A DNA stretch of 64,000 nucleotides from a virus: IMG/VR virus record IMGVR_UViG_3300035034_002581; one strand, written 5' to 3'. The position numbers and the translations under genes were made by a program. Within the stretch, counting starts at the first letter, position 1. Each line of letters starts with the position of its first letter. The notes under the pieces were generated by a model that saw nothing but the letters and a program-made list of their open reading frames with translations, was not told the origin of the DNA and did no database searches. Shown piece after piece: positions 1 to 8,951 of this stretch.

Positions 1-237
1 CTGTACGATGCTTAAGGAATTCACGAACCGCGTAAGGACCAAACTTCTTAGGGTCAAGATCTCCGAACTTCGTACGGAAGTCTGGAAATGATCCAACAGT
101 TATGGGGACGAACGCAGGTCCTTTAAGTGATGTACCGATAATACCCGCAGGTGTACCGACAGGTGATTGCTCTCGAGTAGAAATATCAATTTCTTGCTCG
201 AAAAATCCTGGTGAACGAAATGTCTGTTCTGCCATGA
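1..237 (-). CDS. Tail sheath protein, N-terminal fragment (gp18-like). The gene continues beyond the window start.
   Basis: A minus-strand ORF starts at ATG 237..235 with an AAGGAG RBS upstream and has no stop before position 1. The translation MAEQTFRSPGFFEQEIDIS...GTPAGIIGTSLKGPAFVPITVGSFPDFRTKFG matches the remembered T4 gp18 N-terminus (SPGIELKE...GTAALAGKFQWGPAFQIKQVT...NTFG). Confidence 0.55.
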
Positions 238-319
238 GAAATTTTACTCCTTAGCGCACAGGTCTAAAGCCAGCTCTATCTTATACATATCGAGCTGACA
301 GCCAAAAAACGCTTGTCAT

Positions 320-1534
320 TTAGTTAGTTATGTCTTCGATGTCTTTAATAATTGGTGCTATACCTAAAACTGTTTCACCCTTTCTCTGATTGCGAGACTT
401 TACTCTCAAGAATTTTCTTTCTCTTTTTCCAGTAAAAGGGTTTTCAATGAGCTCGACCTTTCCATAGGGTGAGTGATTTCTTCCGACAACGTCATTGCCG
501 CCCTTATCCAATTCTTTAACATCTGATAAGATGAACTTGTTAACATCACCTGAGCCGGCACCGTTTGACCTTGGACCAGTTATGCCAGGTGATGCTGTTG
601 AAACACCGAACTCAATCATTGGTGCAGAACAGAAGACTCTTAAAGGAGATCTCTGTCCATTGTGTTGCGGAGCTACAAGATAACCTGTTGTTGTAATACT
701 AAAAGAGTATTTAATAATGCGTTCATCTTCAGCATAGTCTTCAAAGTTATCATTTGCAGTTAACGCATCGTCAACAAATGCAACAAACCAATATCCTTTC
801 TCTGTATCTATTCTGAACTGGTTACCTTGCGCATGATACGACGATATCATCTGTTCGAGTAGTTCATTCATCTGCTGCTGATATTGTGTCCAGAATACAA
901 CTTCGTATTTGACACTAAAGAACTCTGGAAATGGTACTGTTATTATTTCGATAATGTTGTCTGTGAGGTTACCTCTAAGCATATCACCTTGGCGCTTATC
1001 ATTTCTATTATCACCCACTGCTCTACGTGTACCAACAGTTCTTCTTGCTATTCCGTCTTCAATCACTTCCCTTTGAGTTTCATGAACAGGAGCAGTGACA
1101 TTAGTTTGATTCTTTAGGTTAAGCTTGTTTTTGATCGCTTGATATTTTCTATCATCACTGGACAATCTCGTTTTTATGACAAGATCTCCCGAGTCCTGAC
1201 CAATACCTCTACCAAGACCACCCATATTCTCAGACTGATCAATTCCAGTTCTTGCTATTGAAATCATAGGCAAAACAAATGCACCGTTTTCATCTCTCGC
1301 TGGCTGATTTTTAACCATCGCAAACTTCTCAGCACCTGCAAAGATTACTGGAACTGCCCTTGAAGACTGTTTACTAGAAATTGTGAAACCTATTTTCTTA
1401 TCAAACAAGTTAAATAGTGCTCTGTCAATATCTGCAAGCCCACAAGAGGGTAGATAGTAATCTTCGGGAACATTTTGGCCTTCATATCCATCAGGAAGTT
1501 TTTCAGTTACGTCGTATGGATTATCTGATGCCAT
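320..1534 (-). CDS. Tail completion / sheath stabiliser protein (gp15-like)
   Basis: A 404-aa ORF lies immediately upstream of the sheath gene. The segments DIDRALFNLFDKKIGFTI...VPVIFAGAEKFAMVKNQ...LPMISIARTG resemble the remembered T4 gp15 (LMGDLFSNIQIKRQL...IRVPITYASKEHFMMKLNKW...LPRINLHLVDF). Confidence 0.4.
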   Translation of the reverse strand: MASDNPYDVTEKLPDGYEGQNVPEDYYLPSCGLADIDRALFNLFDKKIGFTISSKQSSRAVPVIFAGAEKFAMVKNQPARDENGAFVLPMISIARTGIDQSENMGGLGRGIGQDSGDLVIKTRLSSDDRKYQAIKNKLNLKNQTNVTAPVHETQREVIEDGIARRTVGTRRAVGDNRNDKRQGDMLRGNLTDNIIEIITVPFPEFFSVKYEVVFWTQYQQQMNELLEQMISSYHAQGNQFRIDTEKGYWFVAFVDDALTANDNFEDYAEDERIIKYSFSITTTGYLVAPQHNGQRSPLRVFCSAPMIEFGVSTASPGITGPRSNGAGSGDVNKFILSDVKELDKGGNDVVGRNHSPYGKVELIENPFTGKRERKFLRVKSRNQRKGETVLGIAPIIKDIEDITN

Positions 1535-1543
1535 GTGTTATTC

Positions 1544-2212
1544 CTATTGATCTTCGTAAAAAGATGAACCCGCTGATCCTGTAAGAGTGCCTCTTGGTGA
1601 CACTTCTGATGGTCCTGTCAACGGTTCATCGAGTACGTTTTTCTTTTGCAAATCTCGAACGTCGCCAGTTACACCGTTCGCATTTTCAGCAAATCCTCGC
1701 TGTTGATGGAACGTATCTTGTACAGCATCTGGATCTGAGAGCCCTTCGTATGTCGGTCCCAGAAGTTTTGATGCGAAGTTGCTTTTTCTTGATTCCTTCC
1801 CTATTAGTCTTACTCCGCCTGTGTATTCAATTTGACCGTAGATCTGATGTGTTTCTTTGATCTGGACTATTTCGAAGAACTTTGTTCCATAACTGAAAAA
1901 GTCACCTGATGAGAGCTTAATTCTCTTGTCAATCATATCTCTGTTCGGTATGAGCACTTCAATTCTCGAAACTTCTTCTTGACCGAATCTATCTGTTTTG
2001 ACGTCTTGAGGTTCCCAAGCAACCCAAGCGTCTATCTCAATAGGTTGCTCAAAAATCTTCTCAGGCGCTTCTCGATAGATGTCATGAACATGTGTCTTCT
2101 TCTCTGAGATTGAAAAGTAGTAGATTTTTTGTCCATTGACATCTTTCAAGATCTCTTTGTTGATGTCGTTGATGAAATCAACTTCTCTTGGTGTGATAAA
2201 AAGACGTGCCAT
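1544..2212 (-). CDS. Hypothetical virion protein, probable neck or head-tail joining protein
   Basis: A 222-aa ORF packed tightly in the morphogenesis module between the capsid gene and the sheath gene. No motif recognised. Confidence 0.3.
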   Translation of the reverse strand: MARLFITPREVDFINDINKEILKDVNGQKIYYFSISEKKTHVHDIYREAPEKIFEQPIEIDAWVAWEPQDVKTDRFGQEEVSRIEVLIPNRDMIDKRIKLSSGDFFSYGTKFFEIVQIKETHQIYGQIEYTGGVRLIGKESRKSNFASKLLGPTYEGLSDPDAVQDTFHQQRGFAENANGVTGDVRDLQKKNVLDEPLTGPSEVSPRGTLTGSAGSSFYEDQ

Positions 2213-2685
2213 TATATGATTTCCTGCTTAATGATTTGTGATGGGTTCCAGATAATCAGCGCCTTTCCGCCAGCCTCTCCTCTATTGTCATAAGCGATTG
2301 CATCGTACCCTAGTTCTTCTAGGAGATGTCCTAGCAAAATATTCTCGTGAGTCCTCATACTCCTTCCGTCTTCTTTTGCATTTTGGGATGCTTTTTTCTT
2401 AATGTCTATCACCTGCTGTCTAGGTAGGCGTAGTTCTCTCGCAATATTCTGCAAATCCCATCTCATAACATCAGGAAGCTCTAAAGGGCTGTCATAACGA
2501 AGTGTAACACGAAAGAGCCTAACAGGGGATCTATGTTGTGCAGACTCAGGTGTAAGTGCAAAATGAAAACCAAATTCTCCTGTCAGTTCTGGATCAAATT
2601 TCGAGAACTTTCTCGAAGTGCCATGGTAAGCTATTACTGTAGTCTCAGTAATCATCCGTCTAATAGCTTCTCTTAGGAGCATCAT
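2212..2685 (-). CDS. Small protein with a possible H-Y-E (diphtheria-toxin-like) ADP-ribosyltransferase signature
   Basis: This 157-aa ORF has an N-terminal IAYHGTSRKFSKFD segment (YHGT, as in diphtheria toxin and exotoxin A). It also has GFHFALTPE and a C-terminal GEAGGKALIIWN that resembles the catalytic-Glu region SVEYINNWE. The match is weak and rests on memory alone. Confidence 0.25.
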   Translation of the reverse strand: MMLLREAIRRMITETTVIAYHGTSRKFSKFDPELTGEFGFHFALTPESAQHRSPVRLFRVTLRYDSPLELPDVMRWDLQNIARELRLPRQQVIDIKKKASQNAKEDGRSMRTHENILLGHLLEELGYDAIAYDNRGEAGGKALIIWNPSQIIKQEII

Positions 2686-2690
2686 TTTAG

Positions 2691-3899
2691 TTACCCCGTA
2701 AAGATAGCCATGCCATTAGGCATTGGTACCATCTTAAGTTGTTTCATGATCATTTCTGCTCTGTTGGCATCTGTCTCAACAAGCTTATCATAAGTCAAGC
2801 TTTCAAGCATTTCTTTGATCTCGTCTTTGAGTGCAGTTTTCTCCTCTCTTCCTTGTGAGATGAGATCAGCACCATTAAGAGTTAGATCACCTCCCGGAAT
2901 TGGAACTGTTGAAAACTTAGATCTGATGAGTCCAAGCAACTCTTTAGCTCTTGCTAACGTGTATTGCCTTATCCATTGCTTAGCAATACTGTTAATCTTA
3001 GAATATGCAAGGTTTCCAAACGGTATGTTTGATATGTTTGATACACCAAAAATCGTACCGTCTTCTATTGAACCAGACTCTGACATTGAAGAAGAGTTGT
3101 AAGATGTTAAGGCCGATGTCGGATCTGGAACAAACTGCACTCTCATAAATAGCTTTCTTCGTGTCTGTGAAGATGGAGATGGGAACACTCTAATGTTTCG
3201 CCCCATGATCTTGTAAGAGTAGTTTGATCTCCTAACCCTCTGCGACAGATCTAACTGACCAGCTCTAAGAATGTCTTCAAAAACAGGCAGTACATAGAAG
3301 ATTGTCTCTGGTGTAAAACTCTCAAAAGAAAATTCGTTGTTGAGGTAGTTTACTGCAGAGTTTGTATCAAAAAACCTGTAAGCAGCATTAGGAGAGAAGT
3401 GAAGTACCTCTCTGATCCTCATCTTGCTCTTACTAGCGTTTAGCGGATGATCAAATACTGGATTACCGTCTGCATCTTTAAGTTCTGTGTAGATGTCATA
3501 ATCTTGTCGTCCAGGCTCTAGCTCAATTGAACCTGAGACAGAGTCATACGAACCACCGATGCCTGCTTCCATTGCATACGGCTCAGCAAATCTAATAAGA
3601 AACTCTAAGTTTTCTCTTGGGAAAGTCTGCTCAGCACCTTCGAGACTTCCTGTTGGCTGGCCTAGAAAATTGTTGAGCTGCGACTTTGCCTGATACTGGT
3701 TGATGATACTTGAATATTCTAGCATCGATTCTTCGAGGCAAGCCCAAATCTGTTTTCTAGTAAGCTCAACGGACATTATATCATCGCCAAGCATTCTTTT
3801 TACGAATACGACCATATTGTCAGCTTCTGTTTGAAATGCAGAGTCTGCATCGAACAGCCCGAATGGTGTAGGCGATACTGTGTTAATGAATGTCGGCAT
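2691..3899 (-). CDS. Hypothetical virion protein, neck candidate by position
   Basis: A 402-aa ORF with 1-nt-scale spacing to its neighbours. No recognised motif. Confidence 0.3.
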   Translation of the reverse strand: MPTFINTVSPTPFGLFDADSAFQTEADNMVVFVKRMLGDDIMSVELTRKQIWACLEESMLEYSSIINQYQAKSQLNNFLGQPTGSLEGAEQTFPRENLEFLIRFAEPYAMEAGIGGSYDSVSGSIELEPGRQDYDIYTELKDADGNPVFDHPLNASKSKMRIREVLHFSPNAAYRFFDTNSAVNYLNNEFSFESFTPETIFYVLPVFEDILRAGQLDLSQRVRRSNYSYKIMGRNIRVFPSPSSQTRRKLFMRVQFVPDPTSALTSYNSSSMSESGSIEDGTIFGVSNISNIPFGNLAYSKINSIAKQWIRQYTLARAKELLGLIRSKFSTVPIPGGDLTLNGADLISQGREEKTALKDEIKEMLESLTYDKLVETDANRAEMIMKQLKMVPMPNGMAIFTG

Positions 3900-3974
3900 G
3901 TAAAGGCTCCCAACTCGACATTAATACATATCGTGTCTAAGTCCTCACTTCTCTAACAATCAGCAATGTCGGCT

Positions 3975-4214
3975 TTATTTCCAGAATGAAGCAATAACCT
4001 CTAGGAAAGAAAGCTTAATAGCACCGGAGAAAGAATCAGCGCTCCCGACCCTCTTAAGCGCGAAGGCCCAAAAGTTACCATCATTTGTGCTGTTTAGAAA
4101 GAAGGGAATTTCTACAATGTATAGTTTTCCAGCTGTTGTCGTTAAGATTGATCTTGTCTTTGAATACAATTTGTCTGCCACAGCTTGTGTGTCGACATTA
4201 GTGCCCTCTCTCAA
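3975..4214 (-). CDS. Hypothetical small protein
   Basis: A 79-aa ORF fills the only gap in this region. Coding status is uncertain. Confidence 0.25.
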   Translation of the reverse strand: MREGTNVDTQAVADKLYSKTRSILTTTAGKLYIVEIPFFLNSTNDGNFWAFALKRVGSADSFSGAIKLSFLEVIASFWK

Positions 4215-4247
4215 AGACTCCGCAATATAGAGATCTAACTTGACATT

Positions 4248-4685
4248 TCATGCAGCATCAGTTGCGGGGACAAACCCAAGTCTCATTATCAATGGCCTTG
4301 ATGTGTCAATTCCAAATGGAAGCCCGAGAAGCTGGCCAACTCCATCTGTAGAGTTTCCTGCAAATTGATTGTTTTTAGCTCTAATTCGAATGTTTGCTGA
4401 GACTTGAACTGCGCCGTTTGCAGGTGCTGCAGAAACTAAGTCATCTACTGTAGATAGACTGACACTTGGGAATGCTCTTAGATCAACAACACGTCCGAAC
4501 TTTTCAAAAAATCCGTCACTGTTTATTTGAACTCTGCTTCTTCCTAGTTTTGTAAGACTAATAGTTGGTGAGGCAGTAATCGAAGAACTAACCTTAAGAC
4601 GCGCCCAGTATCCGTTGACACCATTAACTGTACCTGTAACATGCCCTGGAAGATCTGATTCAACACCGATAAGTATCCCGTTCAC
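4248..4685 (-). CDS. Hypothetical protein
   Basis: A 145-aa ORF. No motif. Confidence 0.35.
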   Translation of the reverse strand: MNGILIGVESDLPGHVTGTVNGVNGYWARLKVSSSITASPTISLTKLGRSRVQINSDGFFEKFGRVVDLRAFPSVSLSTVDDLVSAAPANGAVQVSANIRIRAKNNQFAGNSTDGVGQLLGLPFGIDTSRPLIMRLGFVPATDAA

Positions 4686-4731
4686 GTCATGACTGTCAAT
4701 AAACTAGAGAAACACATTTTGTAAAGGCAAA

Positions 4732-4799
4732 TATTGATGCGTTTTTAGTTATCTACCCTGATACAACCATAAGGGCAAGAAGGCAAAAACGCATCAATA
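4732..4799 (-). promoter_or_regulatory. Perfect 15-bp inverted repeat enclosing a 38-nt loop, just downstream of the methyltransferase stop codon. Putative terminator or regulatory hairpin.
   Basis: tattgatgcgttttt occupies 4732-4746 and aaaaacgcatcaata occupies 4785-4799. The pair lies in the 115-nt gap between CDS 4801..6870 and CDS 4248..4685. Confidence 0.35.
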
Positions 4800-4800
4800 A

Positions 4801-6870
4801 TTACCGTCTGGGTATAAATACGAGGATCGGTTCTGTAAGAGGCTTACTAACTGACTTTTTGCGAGAGAAATGATCTCGACCTGCACTCAAGTAAAAGGTT
4901 TCAACGAGCTCAAGACCAGCAGACTTAGCAGATTCAATCACGTCCTTCTCAAGCGCACGTGAGATATTGATGACGACCCTTCCATTATGTGCTAAATGAT
5001 TTTTAGCACGTGTAAGCGTAGGCACTAAGTACAGATCTTTCCAGGCATCAATATTCGGATAATCTCTCCAGCATTGTCCAGGTTCATCAAAGTATTTTTC
5101 AAGATCAAAATACGGTGGGCTTGTAAATACTAGGTCAAAACTGTTGTACTCATCAAATTTGACACATTCACTACCCGATTTAATGACACTAACTTGATTG
5201 ATGAATTTCCCTTTTTTGAGCTTGTTGCCCAAAGCAGTTAATTCATGAGACAAAGACACACCAGGTTCTGTACACGTATAAGAACCTTCGGGAAACATCG
5301 CTGCAAATCCAAGCATTCTAGCGCCGAATCCGCCAGAAGGATCCCACACAGAGGGTTTTTCTAAGTGCCCTAAAAACCTTTGATAGATCACGGCAGCGGC
5401 AGTTGGCTTGAAAAAACTCACAGCTTTTCTTTGTACAATAAATCCCCGTCTGATTGTGCTAAAGCTTATGTCGAAGTGTTCGTTAGTAGAAAACATTTCG
5501 CCATTGTCAAGTTGATATTCGTACTTTTTTGAGTTGTTTATTCCGAGACGATATCTAAGCACTGCATTGAATGATTTATCATCCATAAAAGATGCCACAG
5601 GACCATCAGACACATGCCAAAAAGATTTGATGTGTTCCTTTAGATATGCATTTCCAACGACTCCGAGTGAACTAATCGGTTCTTTGTGACAATCTCGCAG
5701 ACCAATCTTTCTGACGCTTACCAGAGTCTCTCTCAGGCTTTTCCTTGATTTGGGATAGAACCAATCATTAGCGCTTACAAAAGCTCTCATAAACTCGCGT
5801 ATAGCAGGCAGATAAACGTTTTCTGTCCACTCTTTCCCTTTGCCTCCAAGTTCTACATGGTTTTGTTCAATAAGCTTGCTTCGCGTCAAAAAGCGCGTCT
5901 TGTCATCGAATTTTTGTCTTTCATCTTTAATGATAGAACCTGATATGTCCTGGTGATAATATGCTAAGTCAATGAGTTCCTGAATTGTTGTTGCGTTTTT
6001 CCAGTTACATGTGCTGTTGATTCGTATCAGTGACTTCTCTTCAAGTTTTGCGATCTCGTTCTTTTTAAGATCATTTGTCATTCCTGATAGTTGTGAGACT
6101 GTGAAGTTCTCGCTTCGATCTAAGCCGTGCCAAAATACGCCATCGAATTCAATCAGCAAGTTATGTGAAGGTATGAAAGCGTCAAAACATTTCGTGTATT
6201 CTGCACTATTGACCCAGTAACTATCAACTACTTTATCATTCTTTGACGCTGCTGTCAATACTTTGATGAAAGCTTGTTCTTTCTTCGATGTGTTTGTTAG
6301 ATTTCTTGACATGTTTGCGAGCGAGATCTTCTTCTTAAATTCATCTGTGAAAATCTTCTTGTACATTTCATCATAGTTCTCTCGCCAGACTTTCTTACGC
6401 AGTTTTGATATAGATTCTGTGGTCCAACCATTGTCTACATATTGTGTCTTTCTTTTAAGCTCCCAACGTTCTCTCTTTTCATTGTCTTGCCAGGCTGCTT
6501 CTAGTGATTTTGAGATCTTTGCCTTTATTGACTTACTGTTCTCTTTATAAGCACGCCTAATTGCAACATTTCTGTCTTTGACTTGTTCTTTCGTAAACGT
6601 AGGCTGTTTGTTTGCTGTGAATCTATTGTTGTGCCCATTGACGTATTCGCCAAAACAATACTTTGTCTTCTTCCACTTGACGTCTTCTCCGCAACCGCAT
6701 TTACACTTCGGATTAATTCCGTTAAGGTAAAACTGCAAGACATAACTTTGAATATCGTATCCATTGTGTGATCTTGCAAGGTGATTGCCGAGTGATCTTC
6801 TATTTTTACAATACTTTTCACAGAGCTTGCATGTATGATCATCGAACAGTTTTAAATAGTTAAGTGACAT
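4801..6870 (-). CDS. Multidomain protein: N-terminal C2H2-type zinc finger, Vsr/DUF559-like PD-(D/E)XK endonuclease domain and C-terminal SAM-dependent DNA (N6-adenine or N4-cytosine) methyltransferase
   Basis: A 689-aa ORF with three recognisable parts. The N-terminus has HTCKLCEKYC...HLARSH and CKCGCG...C zinc-ligand patterns. At aa 228-250, FDAFIPSHNLLIEFDGVFWHG matches the Vsr core (PDF...GCFWHG). At aa 510-518, DPSGGFGAR is motif I, and at aa 583-587, FTSPPYF is motif IV (DPPY class). Confidence 0.6.
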   Translation of the reverse strand: MSLNYLKLFDDHTCKLCEKYCKNRRSLGNHLARSHNGYDIQSYVLQFYLNGINPKCKCGCGEDVKWKKTKYCFGEYVNGHNNRFTANKQPTFTKEQVKDRNVAIRRAYKENSKSIKAKISKSLEAAWQDNEKRERWELKRKTQYVDNGWTTESISKLRKKVWRENYDEMYKKIFTDEFKKKISLANMSRNLTNTSKKEQAFIKVLTAASKNDKVVDSYWVNSAEYTKCFDAFIPSHNLLIEFDGVFWHGLDRSENFTVSQLSGMTNDLKKNEIAKLEEKSLIRINSTCNWKNATTIQELIDLAYYHQDISGSIIKDERQKFDDKTRFLTRSKLIEQNHVELGGKGKEWTENVYLPAIREFMRAFVSANDWFYPKSRKSLRETLVSVRKIGLRDCHKEPISSLGVVGNAYLKEHIKSFWHVSDGPVASFMDDKSFNAVLRYRLGINNSKKYEYQLDNGEMFSTNEHFDISFSTIRRGFIVQRKAVSFFKPTAAAVIYQRFLGHLEKPSVWDPSGGFGARMLGFAAMFPEGSYTCTEPGVSLSHELTALGNKLKKGKFINQVSVIKSGSECVKFDEYNSFDLVFTSPPYFDLEKYFDEPGQCWRDYPNIDAWKDLYLVPTLTRAKNHLAHNGRVVINISRALEKDVIESAKSAGLELVETFYLSAGRDHFSRKKSVSKPLTEPILVFIPRR

Positions 6871-6935
6871 TTAGACCTCTATACATTCTATTGAGACTTA
6901 CTTCCTTGTATAGGTATCATGACATCAATGATCGA

Positions 6936-6972
6936 GAAAACAAAAAAGGCGTCCTCTTTGCAGAGGACGCCT
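6936..6972 (-). terminator. Rho-independent terminator after the major capsid protein gene
   Basis: On the minus strand the sequence reads aaggcgtcctct-gcaa-agaggacgcctt (a 12-bp perfect stem with a 4-nt loop), followed immediately by TTTTTTGTTTT. It lies 20 nt downstream of the MCP stop codon. Confidence 0.8.
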
Positions 6973-6992
6973 TGATTAAAGTGCTGCCAGAA

Positions 6993-8918
6993 TTAGATAA
7001 TGTTAAGGTCGAGAACCGTAACTGTACCGTAGAAGTCGGCACGTACCATCTTCTTGCCGTATCTGGTCATAACACCTTTACGTGGTGTGAAGTCTTCCGG
7101 AGCGAAGATTGTTGGTGTCACGATGAGTGGGACATACGGAGCATAGACGTATCCAGTCTCGAGGTATGAACCGCCCTTGTAACCAACAAGGATCTTCTGG
7201 CGTGGGAAGTATGGGTCCTTGTAGACCGTGAATCTGTTAGTAAGTGTACCAACGGATTCTGCACCAATGCTGAATGGCGCGCCAACCTGTCCCATTCCAT
7301 CGATTGAAAGCTGCGGCTTGTAAAGCACGGAGGACTCAAGGATGGTGCAGATGTCAGGTGAAGTCACGATGAAGTTCGCGGAACCTCGAAGTGTCTTTCT
7401 GTGAATCTGGTTAGCAACGTCGATGATTGTCTCAGTTAGCGTCTCGTACCATTCGCGGACGTTACCGGTGAATGTAGGACCTGTTGCAAGTGTGCTAGAA
7501 AGATTCTGGACTACGCCATTTGTCTTGTTAACGAACTTACCAGGAGCACGTGACCAGTAGAAGTTTGCACCACGAGCTTCAGTTAGAAGGTCGTTGAGGA
7601 TCTCACGGTCGATCTCAAGAGCAATCTGCTCAGAAAGAATCTGTGTAAGTTCAACTTCTGCGTCGAGGCTGTGGTACGCGTTGAGGTCCTGAGCAAGCTC
7701 TGGAGACCAACGAGCACGTAGCTTACGAGTTGTTGCTGTAACGGCAATTGACTCAACCTTGATGTCGATTTCAGGAATCTGTGGCGATGGTGAAGTCGCG
7801 AAGTCAGACTCGAAACTTGGGATAGTGAGCGTTGAAGCATCACTGTCTACATCAAGGGATGCACCGATTGCGTAAGAACCTGTGAGACCAACAGCAGCAG
7901 TAGTGTTAGCAGCCTTCTCCGGAACATAAGCACCGGAGACGACAACTAGAATCGCAGCGCCTGTATCAGAACGCCCAACTAGTGGGTTAGGTGTGAAGAC
8001 TCCGCCTGTGTACGTACCAAGCTGGTTGAGACGACGTAGGTTAAGAATGTTCTTGCCACCCTGGAAGGTGTCTGTAAGAGGTGTGAGACCTGCAGTAGTT
8101 GGAGCTTCTGAGAATACGGAGAAGTCCTTGATGTTACTAAGGTCAACATCAGATCCAATCTGGTTAAGGTTGAACACGAGGAACTGCCAGCGGCCAGATG
8201 CGTCATAAGTACCATCTGCTGCGTCTTCTTCGATTAGCGTACCAATCTGCGGGTCGAACATTGTAAGACGACCGTCTGTACCAGTTGCGTGCATCGAAGC
8301 ACCACCAGTAAGCGTCTGTCCAACACCCCAAGAACCAGAAGCAAGAAGCGCGAGCTCATTGCCAGTAGTTGTTGCGTGTACCTTCGAGAACGTAGAACCT
8401 ACGAGGTCGTACTGTCCACCAGTTGCAAGTGAACCGGAACGAACACCCTTGCCTGTTGGAGAGTTGTAAATCGACTGACCTGCACGGTAAGTCTCTGCCG
8501 ACGCAGCGCCTTCAGCACCAGTCTGGAGACTTGCGTCACCACCGACATTTGTACCATACGTGTAGTCAAGGTAGAATAGGAGGCCAGATGGAAGGCTCAT
8601 TGGCTGAATTGAGACGAGCTCATTCGCTACGAGACCACCGAAAACACGACGAACGATTGGGAACGCAATGTTACTGAATCCTCTGATGTCGCCAGATCCT
8701 GTTCCGCCACCACCGCCAGTTGACAATGTGCTGGTTTCTCTAAGAAGCTGAGACGCCTGGTTTTCAAGGAGACGCGACATAACTTCGCGCTTCTCTTCCT
8801 TTAGGTTACGAAGAAGACCTGTACGGCTCCACTTCTCAACCAATCGCTGACCACCATTTCTTAGGTGACGAGAGCGAATACCCTCAGTCAGCTGCTCTAA
8901 TGTAAAATCTTTACCCAT
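6993..8918 (-). CDS. Major capsid protein (T4 gp23 family)
   Basis: A 641-aa ORF. The segments IVRRVFGGLVANELVSIQPMSLPSGLLFYL, ELAQDLNAYHSLDAEVELTQILSEQIALEIDREILN and YKGGSYLETGYVYAPYVPL...TRYG align to the remembered gp23 blocks (VRRAIPNLIAFDICGVQPMNSPTGQVFAL; ELAQDLRAVHGMDADAELSGILATEIMLEINREVVD; GYKGPNEMDAGIYYAPYVAL...TRYG). Confidence 0.85.
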   Translation of the reverse strand: MGKDFTLEQLTEGIRSRHLRNGGQRLVEKWSRTGLLRNLKEEKREVMSRLLENQASQLLRETSTLSTGGGGGTGSGDIRGFSNIAFPIVRRVFGGLVANELVSIQPMSLPSGLLFYLDYTYGTNVGGDASLQTGAEGAASAETYRAGQSIYNSPTGKGVRSGSLATGGQYDLVGSTFSKVHATTTGNELALLASGSWGVGQTLTGGASMHATGTDGRLTMFDPQIGTLIEEDAADGTYDASGRWQFLVFNLNQIGSDVDLSNIKDFSVFSEAPTTAGLTPLTDTFQGGKNILNLRRLNQLGTYTGGVFTPNPLVGRSDTGAAILVVVSGAYVPEKAANTTAAVGLTGSYAIGASLDVDSDASTLTIPSFESDFATSPSPQIPEIDIKVESIAVTATTRKLRARWSPELAQDLNAYHSLDAEVELTQILSEQIALEIDREILNDLLTEARGANFYWSRAPGKFVNKTNGVVQNLSSTLATGPTFTGNVREWYETLTETIIDVANQIHRKTLRGSANFIVTSPDICTILESSVLYKPQLSIDGMGQVGAPFSIGAESVGTLTNRFTVYKDPYFPRQKILVGYKGGSYLETGYVYAPYVPLIVTPTIFAPEDFTPRKGVMTRYGKKMVRADFYGTVTVLDLNII

Positions 8919-8951
8919 TTCTATTTTCTCCTAAAGAATTAATTTCTTCGC

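Noticed and set aside
6525-6842. Minus-strand 105-aa ORF in an alternate frame inside the methyltransferase gene. Similar internal ORFs lie inside the MCP gene at 7118..7339, 7583..7843 and 7979..8215.
   Set aside because: These are fully nested within larger ORFs with strong homology-like signals. They are alternate-frame noise.
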